Shown: positions 38,201 through 53,784, counted from the stretch's first letter. The stretch: DNA of 64,000 nt from Eledone cirrhosa (GCA_964016885.1 OZ024741.1:23870001-23934000); one strand, 5' to 3'. The notes: generated by a model not told the origin, from the sequence alone. Made by a program: numbers and translations.

Positions 38201-41200
38201 GTGGTGGTGGCACATGTGTACACATTACAGTACATATACTGGTGGTGGTGGCACATGTGTACACATTACAGTACATATACTGGTGGTGGTGGCACATGTG
38301 TACACATTACAGTACAAATACTGGTGGTGGTGGCACATGTGTACACATTACAGTACATATACTGGTGGTGGTGGCACATGTGTACACATTACAGTACAAA
38401 TACTGGTGGTGGTGGCACATGTGTACACATTACAGTACATATACTGGTGGTAGTGGCACATGTGTACACATTACAGTACAAATACTGGTGGTGGTGGCAC
38501 ATGTGTACACATTACAGTACATATACTGGTGGTAGTGGCACATGTGTACACATTACAGTACAAATACTGGTGGTGGTGGCACATGTGTACACATTACAGT
38601 ACATATACTGGTGGTAGTGGCACATGTGTACACATTACAGTACATATACTGGTGGTGGTGGCACATGTGTACACATTACAGTACACATACTGGTGGTGGT
38701 GGCACATGTGTACACATTACAGTACATATACTGGTGGTGGTGGCACATGTGTACACATTACAGTACATATACTGGTGGTGGTGGCACATGTGTACACATT
38801 ACAGTACATATACTGGTGGTGGTGGCACATGTGTACACATTACAGTACATATACTGGCGGTTGTGGCAGATGTGTACACATTACAGTACATATACTGGTG
38901 GTGGTGGCACATGTGTACACATTACAGTACATATACTGGTGGTGGTGGCACATGTGTACACATTACAGTACATATACTGGTGGTAGTGGCACATGTGTAC
39001 ACATTACAGTACATATACTGGTGGTGGTGGCACATGTGTACACATTACAGTACACATACTGGTGGTGGTGGCACATGTGTACACATTACAGTACATATAC
39101 TGGTGGTGGTGGCACATGTGTACACATTACAGTACATATACTGGTGGTGGTGGCACATGTGTACACATTACAGTACATATACTGGTGGTGGTGGCACATG
39201 TGTACACATTACAGTACATATACTGGTGGTGGTGGCACATGTGTACACATTACAGTACATATACTGGTGGTGGTGGCACATGTGTACACATTATAGTACA
39301 TATACTGGTGGTGGTGGCACATCTGTACACATTACAGTACATATACTGGTGGTGGTGGTGGCACATGTGTACACATTACAGTACATATACTGGTGGTGGT
39401 GGCACATGTGTACACATTACAGTACATATACTGGTGGTGGTGGCACATGTGTACACATTACAGTACATATACTGGTGGTGGTGGCACATGTGTACACATT
39501 ATAGTACATATACTGGTGGTGGTGGCACATCTGTACACATTACAGTACATATACTGGTGGTGGTGGCACATGTGTACACATTACAGTACATATACTGGTG
39601 GTGGTGGCACATGTGTACACATTACAGTACATGTACTGGTGGTGGTGGCAGATGTGTACACATTACAGTACATATACTGGTGGTGGTGGTACATGTGTAC
39701 ACATTACAGTACATATACTGGTGGTGGTGGCACATGTGTACACATTACAGTACATGTGGTGGTGGCAGATGTGTACACATTACAGTACATATACTGGTGG
39801 TGGTGGCACATGTGTACACATTACAGTACATATACTGGTGGTGGTGGCACATGTGTACACATTACAGTACATATACTGGTGGTAGTGGCAGATGTGTACA
39901 CATTACAGTACATATACTGGTGGTAGTGGCACATGTGTACACATTACAGTACATATACTGGTGGTAGTGGCACATGTGTACACATTACAGTACATATACT
40001 GGTGGTGGTGGCACATGTGTATACATTACAGTACATATACTGGTGGTGGTGGCACATGTGTATACATTACAGTACATATACTGGTGGTAGTGGCACATGT
40101 GTACACATTACAGTACATATACTGGTGGTGGTGGCACATGTGTACACATTACAGTACACATACTGGTGGTGGTGGCGCATGTGTACACATTACAGTACAT
40201 ATACTGGTGGTGGTGGCACATGTGTACACATTACAGTACATATACTGGTGGTGGTGGCACATGTGTACACATTACAGTACATATACTGGTGGTGGTGGCA
40301 CATGTGTACACATTACAGTACATATACTGGTGGTAGTGGCACATGTGTACACATTACAGTACATATACTGGTGGTGGTGGCACATGTGTACACATTACAG
40401 TACATATACTGGTGGTGGTGGCACATGTGTACACATTACAGTACATATACTGGTGGCGGTGGCACATGTGTACACATTACAGTACATATACTGGTGGTGG
40501 TGGCACATGTGTACACATTACAGTACATATACTGGTGGTGGTGGCACATGTGTACACATTACAGTACATATACTGGTGGTGGTGGCACATGTGTACACAT
40601 TACAGTACATATACTGGTGGTGGTGGCACATGTGTACACATTACAGTACATATACTGGTGGTAGTGGCAGATGTGTACACATTACAGTACATATACTGGT
40701 GGTGGTGGCACATGTGTACACATTACAGTACATATACTGGTGGTAGTGGCACATGTGTACACATTACAGTACATATACTGGTGGCGGTGGCACATGTGTA
40801 CACATTACAGTACATATACTGGTGGTGGTGGCACATGTGTACACATTACAGTACATATACTGGTGGTGGTGGCACATGTGTACACATTACAGTACATATA
40901 CTGGTGGTGGTGGCACATGTGTACACATTACAGTACATATACTGGTGGTGGTGGCACATGTGTACACATTACAGTACATATACTGGTGGTGGTGGCACAT
41001 GTGTACACATTACAGTACATATACTGGTGGTGGTGGCACATGTGTACACATTACAGTACATATACTGGTGGTGGTGGTGGCACATGTGTACACATTACAG
41101 TACATATACTGGTGGTGGTGGCACATGTGTACACATTACAGTACATATACTGGTGGTGGTGGCACATGTGTACACATTACAGTACATATACTGGTGGTGG

Positions 41201-44200
41201 TGGCACATGTGTACACATTACAGTAAATATACTGGTGGTAGTGGCAGATGTGTACACATTACAGTACATATACTGGTGGTGGTGGCACATGTGTACACAT
41301 TACAGTACATATACTGGTGGTAGTGGCACATGTGTACACATTACAGTACATATACTGGTGGTGGTGGCACATGTGTACACATTACAGTACATATACTGGT
41401 GGTGGTGGCACATGTGTACACATTACAGTACATATACTGGTGGTGGTGGTGGCACATGTGTACACATTACAGTACATATACTGGTGGTAGTGGCAGATGT
41501 GTACACATTACAGTACATATACTGGTGGTGGTGGCACATGTGTACACATTACAGTACATATACTGGTGGTGGTGGCACATGTGTACACATTACAGTACAT
41601 ATACTGGTGGTGGTGGCACATGTGTACACATTACAGTACATATACTGGTGGTAGTGGCACATGTGTACACATTACAGTACATATACTGGTGGTAGTGGCA
41701 CATGTGTACACATTACAGTACATATACTGGTGGTGGTGGCACATGTGTACACATTACAGTTCATATACTGGTGGTGGTGGCACATGTGTACACATTACAG
41801 TACATATACTGGTGGTAGTGGCACATGTGTACACATTACAGTTCATATACTGGTGGTGGTGGCACATGTGTACACATTACAGTACATATACTGGTGGTGG
41901 TGGCACATGTGTACACATTACAGTACATATACTGGTGGTGGTGGCACACGTGTACACATTACAGTACATATACTGGTGGTGGTGGCACACGTGTACACAT
42001 TACAGTACATATACTGGTGGTTGTGGCAGATCTGTACACATTACAGTACATATACTGGTGGTGGTGGCACATGTGTACACATTATAGTACATATACTGGT
42101 GGTGGTGGCACATGTGTACACATTACAGTACATATACTGGTGGTGGTGGCACATGTGTACACATTACAGTTCATATACTGGTGGTAGTGGCACATGTGTA
42201 CACATTACAGTACATATACTGGTGGTAGTGGCACATGTGTACACATTACAGTACATATACTGGTGGTAGTGGCACATGTGTACACATTACAGTACATATA
42301 CTGGTGGTAGTGGCACATGTGTACACATTACAGTACATATACTGGTGGTGGTGGCACATGTGTACACATTACAGTTCATATACTGGTGGTAGTGGCACAT
42401 GTGTACACATACTGGTAGTAGTGGCAGATGTGTACACATTACAGTACATATACTGGTGGTGGTGGCGCATGTGTATACATTACAGTACATATACTGGTGG
42501 TGGTGGCACATGTGTACACATTACAGTACATATACTGGTGGTGGTGGTGGCACATGTGTATACATTACAGTACATATACTGGTGGTGGTGGTACATGTGT
42601 ACACATTACAGTACATATACTGGTGGTGGTGGTACATGTGTACACATTACAGTACATATACTGGTGGTGGTGGCACATGTGTACACATTACAGTACATAT
42701 ACTGGTGGTGGTGGCACATGTGTACACATTACAGTACATATACTGGTGGTGGTGGTACATGTGTACACATTACAGTACATATACTGGTGGTTGTGGCACA
42801 TGTGTACACATTACAGTACACATACTGGTGGTAGTGGCACATGTGTACACATTACAGTACATATACTGGTGGTGGTGGCACATGTGTACACATTACAGTA
42901 CACATACTGGTGGTAGTGGCACATGTGTACACATTACAGTACATATACTGGTGGTGGTGGCACATGTGTAGTCATTACAGTACATATACTGGTGGTGGCG
43001 GCACATGTGTACACATTACAGTACATATACTGGTGGTAGTGGCACATGTGTACACATTACAGTACATATACTGGTGGTGGTGGCACATGTGTACACATTA
43101 CAGTACATATACTGGTGGTGGTGGCGCATGTGTAGTCATTACAGTACATATACTGGTGGTGGCGGCACATGTGTACACATTACAGTACATATACTGGTGG
43201 TAGTGGCACATGTGTACACATTACAGTACATATACTGGTGGTGGTGGCACATGTGTACACATTACAGTACATATACTGGTGGTGGTGGCACATGTGTACA
43301 CATTACAGTACATATACTGGTGGTGGTGGCACATGTGTACACATTACAGTACATATACTGGTGGTGGTGGCGCATGTGTAGTCATTACAGTACATATACT
43401 GGTGGTGGTGGCACATGTGTACACATTACAGTACATATACTGGTGGTAGTGGCACATGTGTACACATTACAGTACATATACTGGTGGTGGTGGCACATGT
43501 GTACACATTACAGTACATATACTGGTGGTGGTGGCACATGTGTACACATTACAGTACATATACTGGTGGTGGTGGCGCATGTGCAGTCATTACAGTACAT
43601 ATACTGGTGGTGGTGGCACATGTGTACACATTACAGTACATATACTGGTGGTAGTGGCACATGTGTACACATTACAGTACATATACTGGTGGTAGTGGCA
43701 CATGTGTACACATTACAGTACATATACTGGTGGTGGTGGCACATGTGTACACATTACAGTACATATACTGGTGGTGGTGGCACATGTGTACACATTACAG
43801 TACACATACTGGTGGTAGTGGCACATGTGTACACATTACAGTACATATACTGGTGGTGGTGGCACATGTGTACACATTACAGTACATATACTGGTGGTGG
43901 TGGCACATGTGTACACATTACAGTACACATACTGGTGGTAGTGGCACATGTGTACACATTACAGTACATATACTGGTGGTGGTGGCACATGTGTACACAT
44001 TACAGTACACATACTGGTGGTAGTGGCACATGTGTACACATTACAGTAGATATACCGGTGGTAGTGGCACATGTGTACACATTACAGTACATATACTGGT
44101 GGTGGTGGCACATGTGTACACATTACAGTACATATACTGGTGGTGGTGGCACATGTGTACACATTACAGTATACATACTGGTGGTGGTGGCACATGTGTA

Positions 44201-47200
44201 CACATTACAGTACATATACTGGTGGTGGTGGCACATGTGTACACATTATAGTACATATACTGGTGGTAGTGGCAGATGTGTACACATTACAGTACACATA
44301 CTGGTGGTAGTGGCACATGTGTACACATTACAGTACATATACTGGTGGTAGTGGCACATGTGTACACATTACAGTACATATACTGGTGGTGGTGGCACAT
44401 GTGTACACATTACAGTACATATACTGGTGGTGGTGGCACATGTGTACACATTACAGTACATATACTGGTGGTGGTGGCACATGTGTACACATTACAGTAC
44501 ATATACTGGTGGTGGTGGCACATGTGTACACATTACAGTACATATACTGGTGGTGGTGGCACATGTGTACACATTACAGTATACATACTGGTGGTGGTGG
44601 CACATGTGTACACATTACAGTACATATACTGGTGGTGGTGGCACATGTGTACACATTATAGTACATATACTGGTGGTAGTGGCAGATGTGTACACATTAC
44701 AGTACACATACTGGTGGTAGTGGCACATGTGTACACATTACAGTACATATACTGGTGGTAGTGGCACATGTGTACACATTACAGTACATATACTGGTGGT
44801 GGTGGCACATGTGTACACATTACAGTACATATACTGGTGGTGGTGGCACATGTGTACACATTACAGTACATATACTGGTGGTGGTGGCACATGTGTACAC
44901 ATTACAGTACATATACTGGTGGTGGTGGCACATGTGTACACATTACAGTACATATACTGGTGGTGGTGGCACATGTGTACACATTACAGTACATATACTG
45001 GTGTTGGTGGCACATGTGTACACATTACAGTACATATACTGGTGGTGGTGGCACATGTGTACACATTACAGTACATATATTGGTGGTGGTGGCACATGTG
45101 TACACATTACAGTACATATACTGGTGGTGGTGGCACATGTGTACACATTACAGTACATATACTGGTGGTGGTGGCACATGTGTACACATTACAGTATACA
45201 TACTGGTGGTGGTGGCACATGTGTACACATTATAGTACATATACTGGTGGTAGTGGCAGATGTGTACACATTACAGTACATATACTGGTGGTGGTGGCAC
45301 ATGTGTACACATTACAGTACATATACTGGTGGTGGTGGCACATGTGTACACATTACAGTACATATACTGGTGGTAGTGGCACATGTGTACACATTACAGT
45401 ACATATACTGGTGGTGGTGGCACATGTGTACACATTACAGTATACATACTGGTGGTGGTGGCACATGTGTACACATTACAGTACATATACTGGTGGTGGT
45501 GGCAGATCTGTACACATTACAGTACATATACTGGTGGTGGTGGCACATGTGTACACATTACAGTACATATACTGGTGGTGGTGGCACATGTGTACACATT
45601 ACAGTACACATACTGGTGGTGGTGGCACATGTGTACACATTACAGTACATATACTGGTGGTGGTGGCACATGTGTACACATTACAGTACATATACTGGTG
45701 GTGGTGGCACATGTGTACACATTACAGTACATATACTGGTGGTGGTGGCACATGTGTACACATTACAGTACATATACTGGTGGTGGTGGCACATGTGTAC
45801 ACATTACAGTATACATACTGGTGGTGGTGGCACATGTGTACACATTACAGTACATATACTGGTGGTGGTGGCACATGTGTACACATTATAGTACATATAC
45901 TGGTGGTAGTGGCAGATGTGTACACATTACAGTACATATACTGGTGGTGGTGGCACATGTGTACACATTACAGTACATATACTGGTGGTAGTGGCACATG
46001 TGTACACATTACAGTACATATACTGGTGGTGGTGGCACATGTGTACACATTACAGTATACATACTGGTGGTGGTGGCACATGTGTACACATTACAGTATA
46101 CATACTGGTGGTGGTGGCACATGTGTACACATTACAGTACATATACTGGTGGTGGTGGCACATGTGTACACATTATAGTACATATACTGGTGGTAGTGGC
46201 AGATGTGTACACATTACAGTACATATACTGGTGGTGGTGGCACATGTGTACACATTACAGTACATATACTGGTGGTGGTGGCACATGTGTACACATTACA
46301 GTACATATACTGGTAGTGGTGGCACATGTGTACACATTACAGTACACATACTGGTGGTGGTGGCACATGTGTACACATTACAGTACATATACTGGTGGTG
46401 GTGGCACATGTGTACACATTACAGTACATATACTGGTGGTGGTGGCACATGTGTACACATTACAGTACATATACTGGTGGTTGTGGCAGATCTGTACACA
46501 TTACAGTACATATACTGGTGGTGGTGGCACATGTGTACACATTACAGTACATATACTGGTGGTAGTGGCACATGTGTACACATTACAGTACATATACTGG
46601 TGGTGGTGGTGCATGTGTACACATTACAGTACATATACTGGTGGTGGTGGCACATGTGTACACATTACAGTACATATACTGGTGGTGGTGGCACATGTGT
46701 ACACATTACAGTACATATACTGGTAATGGTGGCACATGTGTACACATTACAGTACACATACTGGTGGTGGTGGCACATGTGTACACATTACAGTACATAT
46801 ACTGGTGGTGGTGGCACATGTGTACACATTACAGTACATATACTGGTGGTGGTGGCACATGTGTACACATTACAGTACATATACTGGTGGTTGTGGCAGA
46901 TCTGTACACATTACAGTACATATACTGGTGGTGGTGGCACATGTGTACACATTACAGTACATATACTGGTGGTAGTGGCACATGTGTACACATTACAGTA
47001 CATATACTGGTGGTGGTGGTGCATGTGTACACATTACAGTACATATACTGGTGGTGGTGGCACATGTGTACACATTACAGTACATATACTGGTGGTGGTG
47101 GCACATGTGTACACATTACAGTTCATATACTGGTGGTGGTGGCACATGTGTACACATTACAGTACATATACTGGTGGTGGTGGCACACGTGTACACATTA

Positions 47201-50200
47201 CAGTACATATACTGGTGGTGGTGGCACATGTGTACACATTACAGTACATATACTGGTGGTGGTGGCACATGTGTACACATTACAGTACATATACTGGTGG
47301 TGGTGGCAGATCTGTACACATTACAGTACATATACTGGTGGTGGTGGCACACGTGTACACATTACAGTACATATACTGGTGGTGGTGGCACATGTGTACA
47401 CATTACAGTTCATATACTGGTGGTAGTGGCACATGTGTACACATTACAGTACATATACTGGTGGTAGTGGCACATGTGTACACATTACAGTACATATACT
47501 GGTGGTAGTGGCACATGTGTACACATTACAGTACATATACTGGTGGTGGTGGCACATGTGTACACATTACAGTTCATATACTGGTGGTAGTGGCACATGT
47601 GTACACATACTGGTAGTAGTGGCAGATGTGTACACATTACAGTACATATACTGGTGGTTGTGGGAGATGTGTACACATTACAGTACATATACTGGTGGTG
47701 GTGGCACATGTGTACACATTATAGTACATATACTGGTGGTGGTGGCACATGTGTACACATTACAGTACATATACTGGTGGTGGTGGCACATGTGTACACA
47801 TTACAGTTCATATACTGGTGGTAGTGGCACTTGTGTACACATTACAGTACATATACTGGTGGTGGTGGCACATGTGTACACATTACGGTACATATACTGG
47901 TGGTGGTGGCAGATGTGTACACATTATAGTACATATACTGGTGGTGGTGGCAGATGTGTACACATTACAGTACACATACTGGTGGTAGTGGCTCATGTGT
48001 ACACATTACAGTACACATGCTGGTGGTAGTGGCACATGTGTACACATTACAGTACATATACTGGTGGTGGTGGCACATGTGTACACATTACAGTACATAT
48101 ACTGGTGGTGGTGGCACATGTGTACACATTACAGTACATATACTGGTGGTGGTGGCACATGTGTACACATTACAGTACACATACTGGTGGTGGTGCACAT
48201 GTGTACACATTACAGTACATATACTGGTGGTGGTGGCACATGTGTACACATTACAGTACATATACTGGTGGTAGTGGCACATGTGTACACATTACAGTAC
48301 ATATGCTGGTGATAGTGGCACATGTGTACACATTACAGTACATATACTGGTGGTGGTGGCACATGTGTACACATTACAGTACACATCCTGGTGGTAGTGG
48401 CACATGTGTACACATTACAGTACACATACTGGTGGTAGTGGCACATGTGTACACATTACAGTACACATACTGGTGGTAGTGGCACATGTGTACACATTAC
48501 AGTACATATACTGGTGGTAGTGGCAGATGTGTACACATTACAGTACACATCCTGGTGGTAGTGGCACATGTGTACACATTACAGTACACATACTGGTGGT
48601 AGTGGCACATGTGTACACATTACAGTACACATACTGGTGGTAGTGGCACATGTGTACACATTACAGTACATATACTGGTGGTGGTGGCACATGTGTACAC
48701 ATTATAGTACATATACTGGTGGTGGTGGCACATGTGTACACATTACAGTACATATACTGGTGGTGGTGGCACATGTGTACACATTACAGTACATATACTG
48801 GTGGTGGTGGCACATGTGTACACATTACAGTACATATACTGGTGGTGGTGGCACATGTGTACACATTACAGTACATATACTGGTGGTAGTGGCAGATGTG
48901 TACACATTACAGTACATATACTGGTGGTAGTGGCAGATATGTACACATTACAGTACACATACTGGTGGTGGTGGCACATGTGTACACATTACAGTACACA
49001 TACTGGTGGTGGTGGCACATGTGTACACATTACAGTACATATACTGGTGGTGGTGGCACATGTGTACACATTATAGTACATATACTGGTGGTGGTGGCAC
49101 ATGTGTACACATTACAGTACATATACTGGTGGTAGTGGCACATGTGTACACATTACAGTACATATACTGGTGGTGGTGGCACATGAGTACACATTATAGT
49201 ACATATACTGGTGGTGGTGGCACATGTGTACACATTACAGTACATATACTGGTGGTAGTGGCACATGTGTACACATTACAGTACACATACTGGTGGTGGT
49301 GGCACATGTGTACACATTACAGTACATATACTGGTGGTAGTGGCACATGTGTACACATTACAGTACATATACTGGTGGTAGTGGCAGATGTGTACACATT
49401 ACAGTACATATACTGGTGGTGGTGGCACATGTGTACACATTACAGTACATATACTGGTGGTGGTGGTGGCACATGTGTACACATTACAGTACATATACTG
49501 GTGGTTGTGGCACATGTGTACACATTACAGTACATATACTGGTGGTGGTGGCACATGTGTACACATTACAGTACATATACTGGTGGTGGTGGCACATGTG
49601 TACACATTACAGTACACATACTGGTGGTGGTGGCACATGTGTACACATTACAGTACACATACTGGTGTTGGTGGCACATGTGTACACATTACAGTTCATA
49701 TACTGGTGGTAGTGGCACATGTGTACACATTACAGTACACATCCTGGTGGTAGTGGCACGTGTACACATTACAGTACATATACTGGTGTTGGTGGTACAT
49801 GTGTACACATTACAGTACATATACTGGTGGTAGTGGTGGCACATGTGTACACATTACAGTACATATACTGGTCGTGGTGGCACATGTGTACACATTACAG
49901 TACATATACTGGTGGTGGTGGCACATGTGTACACATTACAGTACATATACTGGTGGTGGTGGCACATGTGTACACATTACAGTACATATACTGGTGGTGG
50001 TGGCACATGTGTACACATTACAGTACATATACTGGTGGTGGTGGCACATGTGTACACATTACAGTACATATACTGGTGGTGGTGGCACATGTGTACACAT
50101 TACAGTACACGTACTGGTGGTGGTGGCACATGTGTACACATTACAGTACATATACTGGTGGTGGTGGCACATGTGTACACATTACAGTAAATATACTGGT

Positions 50201-50774
50201 GGTGGTGGCACATGTGTACACATTACAGTACATATACTGGTGGTAGTGGTGGCACATGTGTACACATTACAGTACATATACTGGTGGTGGTGGCGCATGT
50301 GTACACATTACAGTACATATACTGGTGGTAGTGGTGGCACATGTGTACACATTACAGTACATATACTGGTGGTGGTGGCGCATGTGTACACATTACAGTA
50401 CATATACTGGTGGTGGTGGCACATGTGTACACATTACAGTACATATACTGGTGGTGGTGGCACATGTGTACACATTACAGTACACGTACTGGTGGTGGTG
50501 GCACATGTGTACACATTACAGTACATATACTGGTGGTAGTGGCAGATATGTACACATTACAGTACATATACTGGTGGTGGTGGCACATGTGTACACATTA
50601 CAGTACATATACTGGTGGTAGTGGCAGATATGTACACATTACAGTACATATACTGGTGGTGGCACATGTGTACACATTACAGTACATATACTGGTGGTGG
50701 TGGCACATGTGTACACATTACAGTACATATACTGGTGGTGGTGGCACATGTGTACACATTACAGTACATATACT
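32198..50774. repeat. 41-bp satellite array, about 18.6 kb and 450 monomers, inside a CAPZB intron
   Basis: Unit ACATTACAGTACATATACTGGTGGTGGTGGCACATGTGTAC repeated with sparse point variants. All the MCTHYSTYTGGGG and WWWW ORFs derive from it. Confidence 0.99.
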
Positions 50775-52737
50775 TATAGGAAGAATGAGGAGTCAAATAA
50801 TTACTTATACTTTTTACGACTACAAGTTGAAACATCCAAGGACCTTGTTATTACAAACAATTATAAGAAAATACCTTAGTCGATGTGTTTGTTGCTTCGG
50901 CCTTGCAGCGACAGGCTTCTGACTTCCATGATATAAATAAATGTCTCTTTAACACTCAATTCTCTATAAATATAAATTTTTCGAAAGCTGAGTTTGTGTA
51001 CACACAATAGAATATCTCGTATAGCAGATAGGCCCTAGAAGAACAATTGACGAAATGTAGAACATGGTTTGTTGATAACTGTTCTGTTCCTCCTAACAGG
51101 ATTATGGGAGGATTATAGTAGGAGTTATCCTGTAGTAGGTCTTTCCATCTTCCTGGTCTTGGTTCCTCTCTAATCGTGTACAGTGGTTTTCACGAGAAGG
51201 TGACAATGTATTCATACGCGACTTACCATTAGTCTGTTTAACCAAATTGCATATGAAATGTTGCTATTGCAAGGTATGACGTAGTTCCACTACATACTGA
51301 TGGTAGTGGCACATAAGTAGTTGTTTTCATTGTTCTTTTTGATGAATGGAATAAACATTTATAAAAAAAATACTCCTTTTCTTAAATTCCTTTCTTTCCT
51401 TTTTCTCAAACTACTGCTGTCTTTAATACTCTATTAACCTTTTCATGACCCCATTTCTAATGAAATACACTCTCTTTCGATTAAGAATTTTGAAGGATTT
51501 ATTAAAATTATTTCATTTCTAAGACAGTAAGGTTCTTATATAAAATTATGTTGGAATATTTTAATATAAACTGGAAACCTTTAAAATGGGTGGCTTTAAA
51601 GAACCAGAGCCAGTTTTGGCCAGATTGTAACAAATGGGTTAATAGTGTTTGAACATGAAGAACATTATGAATTATTTTAACCAAATGCAAATGAAGGAAA
51701 TTCACTTATTTCTATATTCTCCTGTACCTACTGTTACCCACAGTAGTAAATGTATACTCCCAAAATTACCCATCACATGATGTGTAATATTCTAGTCTAT
51801 AACTGTACAGTAATATACTATTGTATTTTCATGGTAGATCTAGTAAGTTCTTTGTTAACTTCGGTGGGAAGAATTTTAAAGATTCCTGGTTAACTTTCTT
51901 TGAGAACTTTATCGCATTCATCGGTGGCGAATGTCAAACTGAGATCAGGTTACTTCTCTTGTTGAATAAATTTATCAAAGTATTGAAATATTTAAGACTA
52001 TTCAACAGAATTCGTAATATAATCGGCTTGTCTCCCCACAGCCCCGGCGGACAGAATAGAGAAGGCGTTTCCCCGGAGGACGGCAAGGGAGACGCAGTCT
52101 AGGCTACTATCTACTTCTCTTGCTTTTTTTTACTTATTTACATATGGAAAATTTAAATGTGTTTATATCTCTGAATTTATGGGTAATGCAGTCATAAAGT
52201 CAAACTGTTAACATAAAGACTGCATGCGCGCGCACGCACACACACTTTCTCGCTCTCTCTCTACATGGTTTTATTACAATTTGGTGAAGAATCTGAATAT
52301 TACTTATTCTATCCACCATCTGTAAAATACTGGGTTATGTACTAGCCTTAACAACAATGAACTCTGTGTTAGTAGAGATTCTTAAACTGGCAACACTGTT
52401 TTAGTTTCAAAGTCCTTCAATAGTTCAGTACATATTTGACCTTGGCATAGTTTCTTTTCTTGTTACTTTCTACAAACTAACTGGAATGTATGGCAACTAT
52501 CACCATTTTCAACTATATTCATTCACAACTCCTTCCCTCAAATGAAAGGCCCTGTTTAGAGTGGGTTTTTATATACATTTTCATGGCTGTTTATCTGTTG
52601 ACTGTAAAAGCATCATTGACTCAAGGACCAAGAGTATTCTGCTTAAGTACACTTCTCAAAATGCTATAATAAAGTATATATCACTCTACTTACGTATTTA
52701 GTTTTGAATCTCTAATTTAAAAATTAAACCCATTGTC

Positions 52738-53130
52738 TGTAAGGTGGTTGTGTAGGTGTCACGACAAAAAGTACCCAGTCAACACTGTAAAGTGGTTGTG
52801 TAGGAGTCATGACAAAAAGCACTCAGTCAACACTGTAAAGTGGTTGTGTAGGAGTCATGACAAAAAGCACTCAGTCAACACTGTAAAGTAGTTGTGTAGG
52901 AGTCATGACAAAAAGCACCCAGTTCACACTGTAAAGTGGTCATGTAGGTGTCACTACAAAAGCACCCAGTACTCACTGTAAATATGGTTGGCATCCAGCT
53001 GTTGAAACCAAGCCAGAAATAGTTCTGTATGAACTAGACATGGGCACCTGACCTGGCCTATCTCACAACAGGACAACTCATCTAACTCATGCTCGCATGG
53101 AAAAATGGACATTGAACAGTGATGATGATG
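52738..53130 (+). mobile_element. RTE 3' UTR with about 5 internal 46-bp repeats
   Basis: ACACTGTAAAGTGGTTGTGTAGGAGTCATGACAAAAAGCACTCAGTCA tandem units, then the tail ending GTGATGATGATG. Confidence 0.82.
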
Positions 53131-53784
53131 TCTCCAGTGGAGGCAGACCTTACTTTAAAATCACTTGGTTTTTATCTAAACATCTTAAAACCATCTTCCA
53201 CACCTTCCTAGACATATAGACAGCTCCAATGAAATAACATTGAGAGATCTCAAGCCCACCACACTGACAGAATAGATACTCTCCCGTGATAATCTCAGAT
53301 GTCTACCTTACAGATGTACACATCCACAAATTACTTATCATCATCATGATCACCATTGCATATATACTTATACTAGTCATCTGACCTAAGCCCATGAAAG
53401 GTGTCTAACTCATGCCAGTATAGAAAATAAATGTTAAATGCTGATGAGAGTTATATATATGGGTAATGCAGTCATAAAGTCATAAAGTCAAACTGTTAAC
53501 ATAAAGACTGCATGCGCGCGCGCGCACGCACACTTTCTCGCTCTCTCTCTACATGGTTTTATTACAATTTGGTGGGGGGGTAGGAACTGAGGGTCGCATG
53601 GTAAATAACTGAGAGAGATACAATAGAATTAGAATACCGCATGGTAAATATCCAAGTTAATACTACATCAGTAAAATTAACAATAATGTCATGAAAACTA
53701 CTAAGAAAAACCCTCGAAAATTTATCGCTAATACAGCAGGGAACATCATTAATATTAACAGCAATATGAGTAGCATTCAAAATA

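Noticed and set aside
32198-50774. CRISPR-like regular repeat array
   Set aside because: Units are head-to-tail with no unique spacers, there are no cas genes, and the context is a eukaryotic intron.
32240-50922. Dozens of long ORFs (up to 852 aa) rich in WWWW, GGGG and VVV
   Set aside because: They are translations of a 41-bp unit that lacks stop codons on the + strand. All three frames give the same cycling peptide and there is no splice or codon evidence.
51860-52025. Possible Penelope GIY-YIG C-terminal remnant on the minus strand (LFNKRSNLISV*H)
   Set aside because: Only one short degenerate motif; not enough to call.
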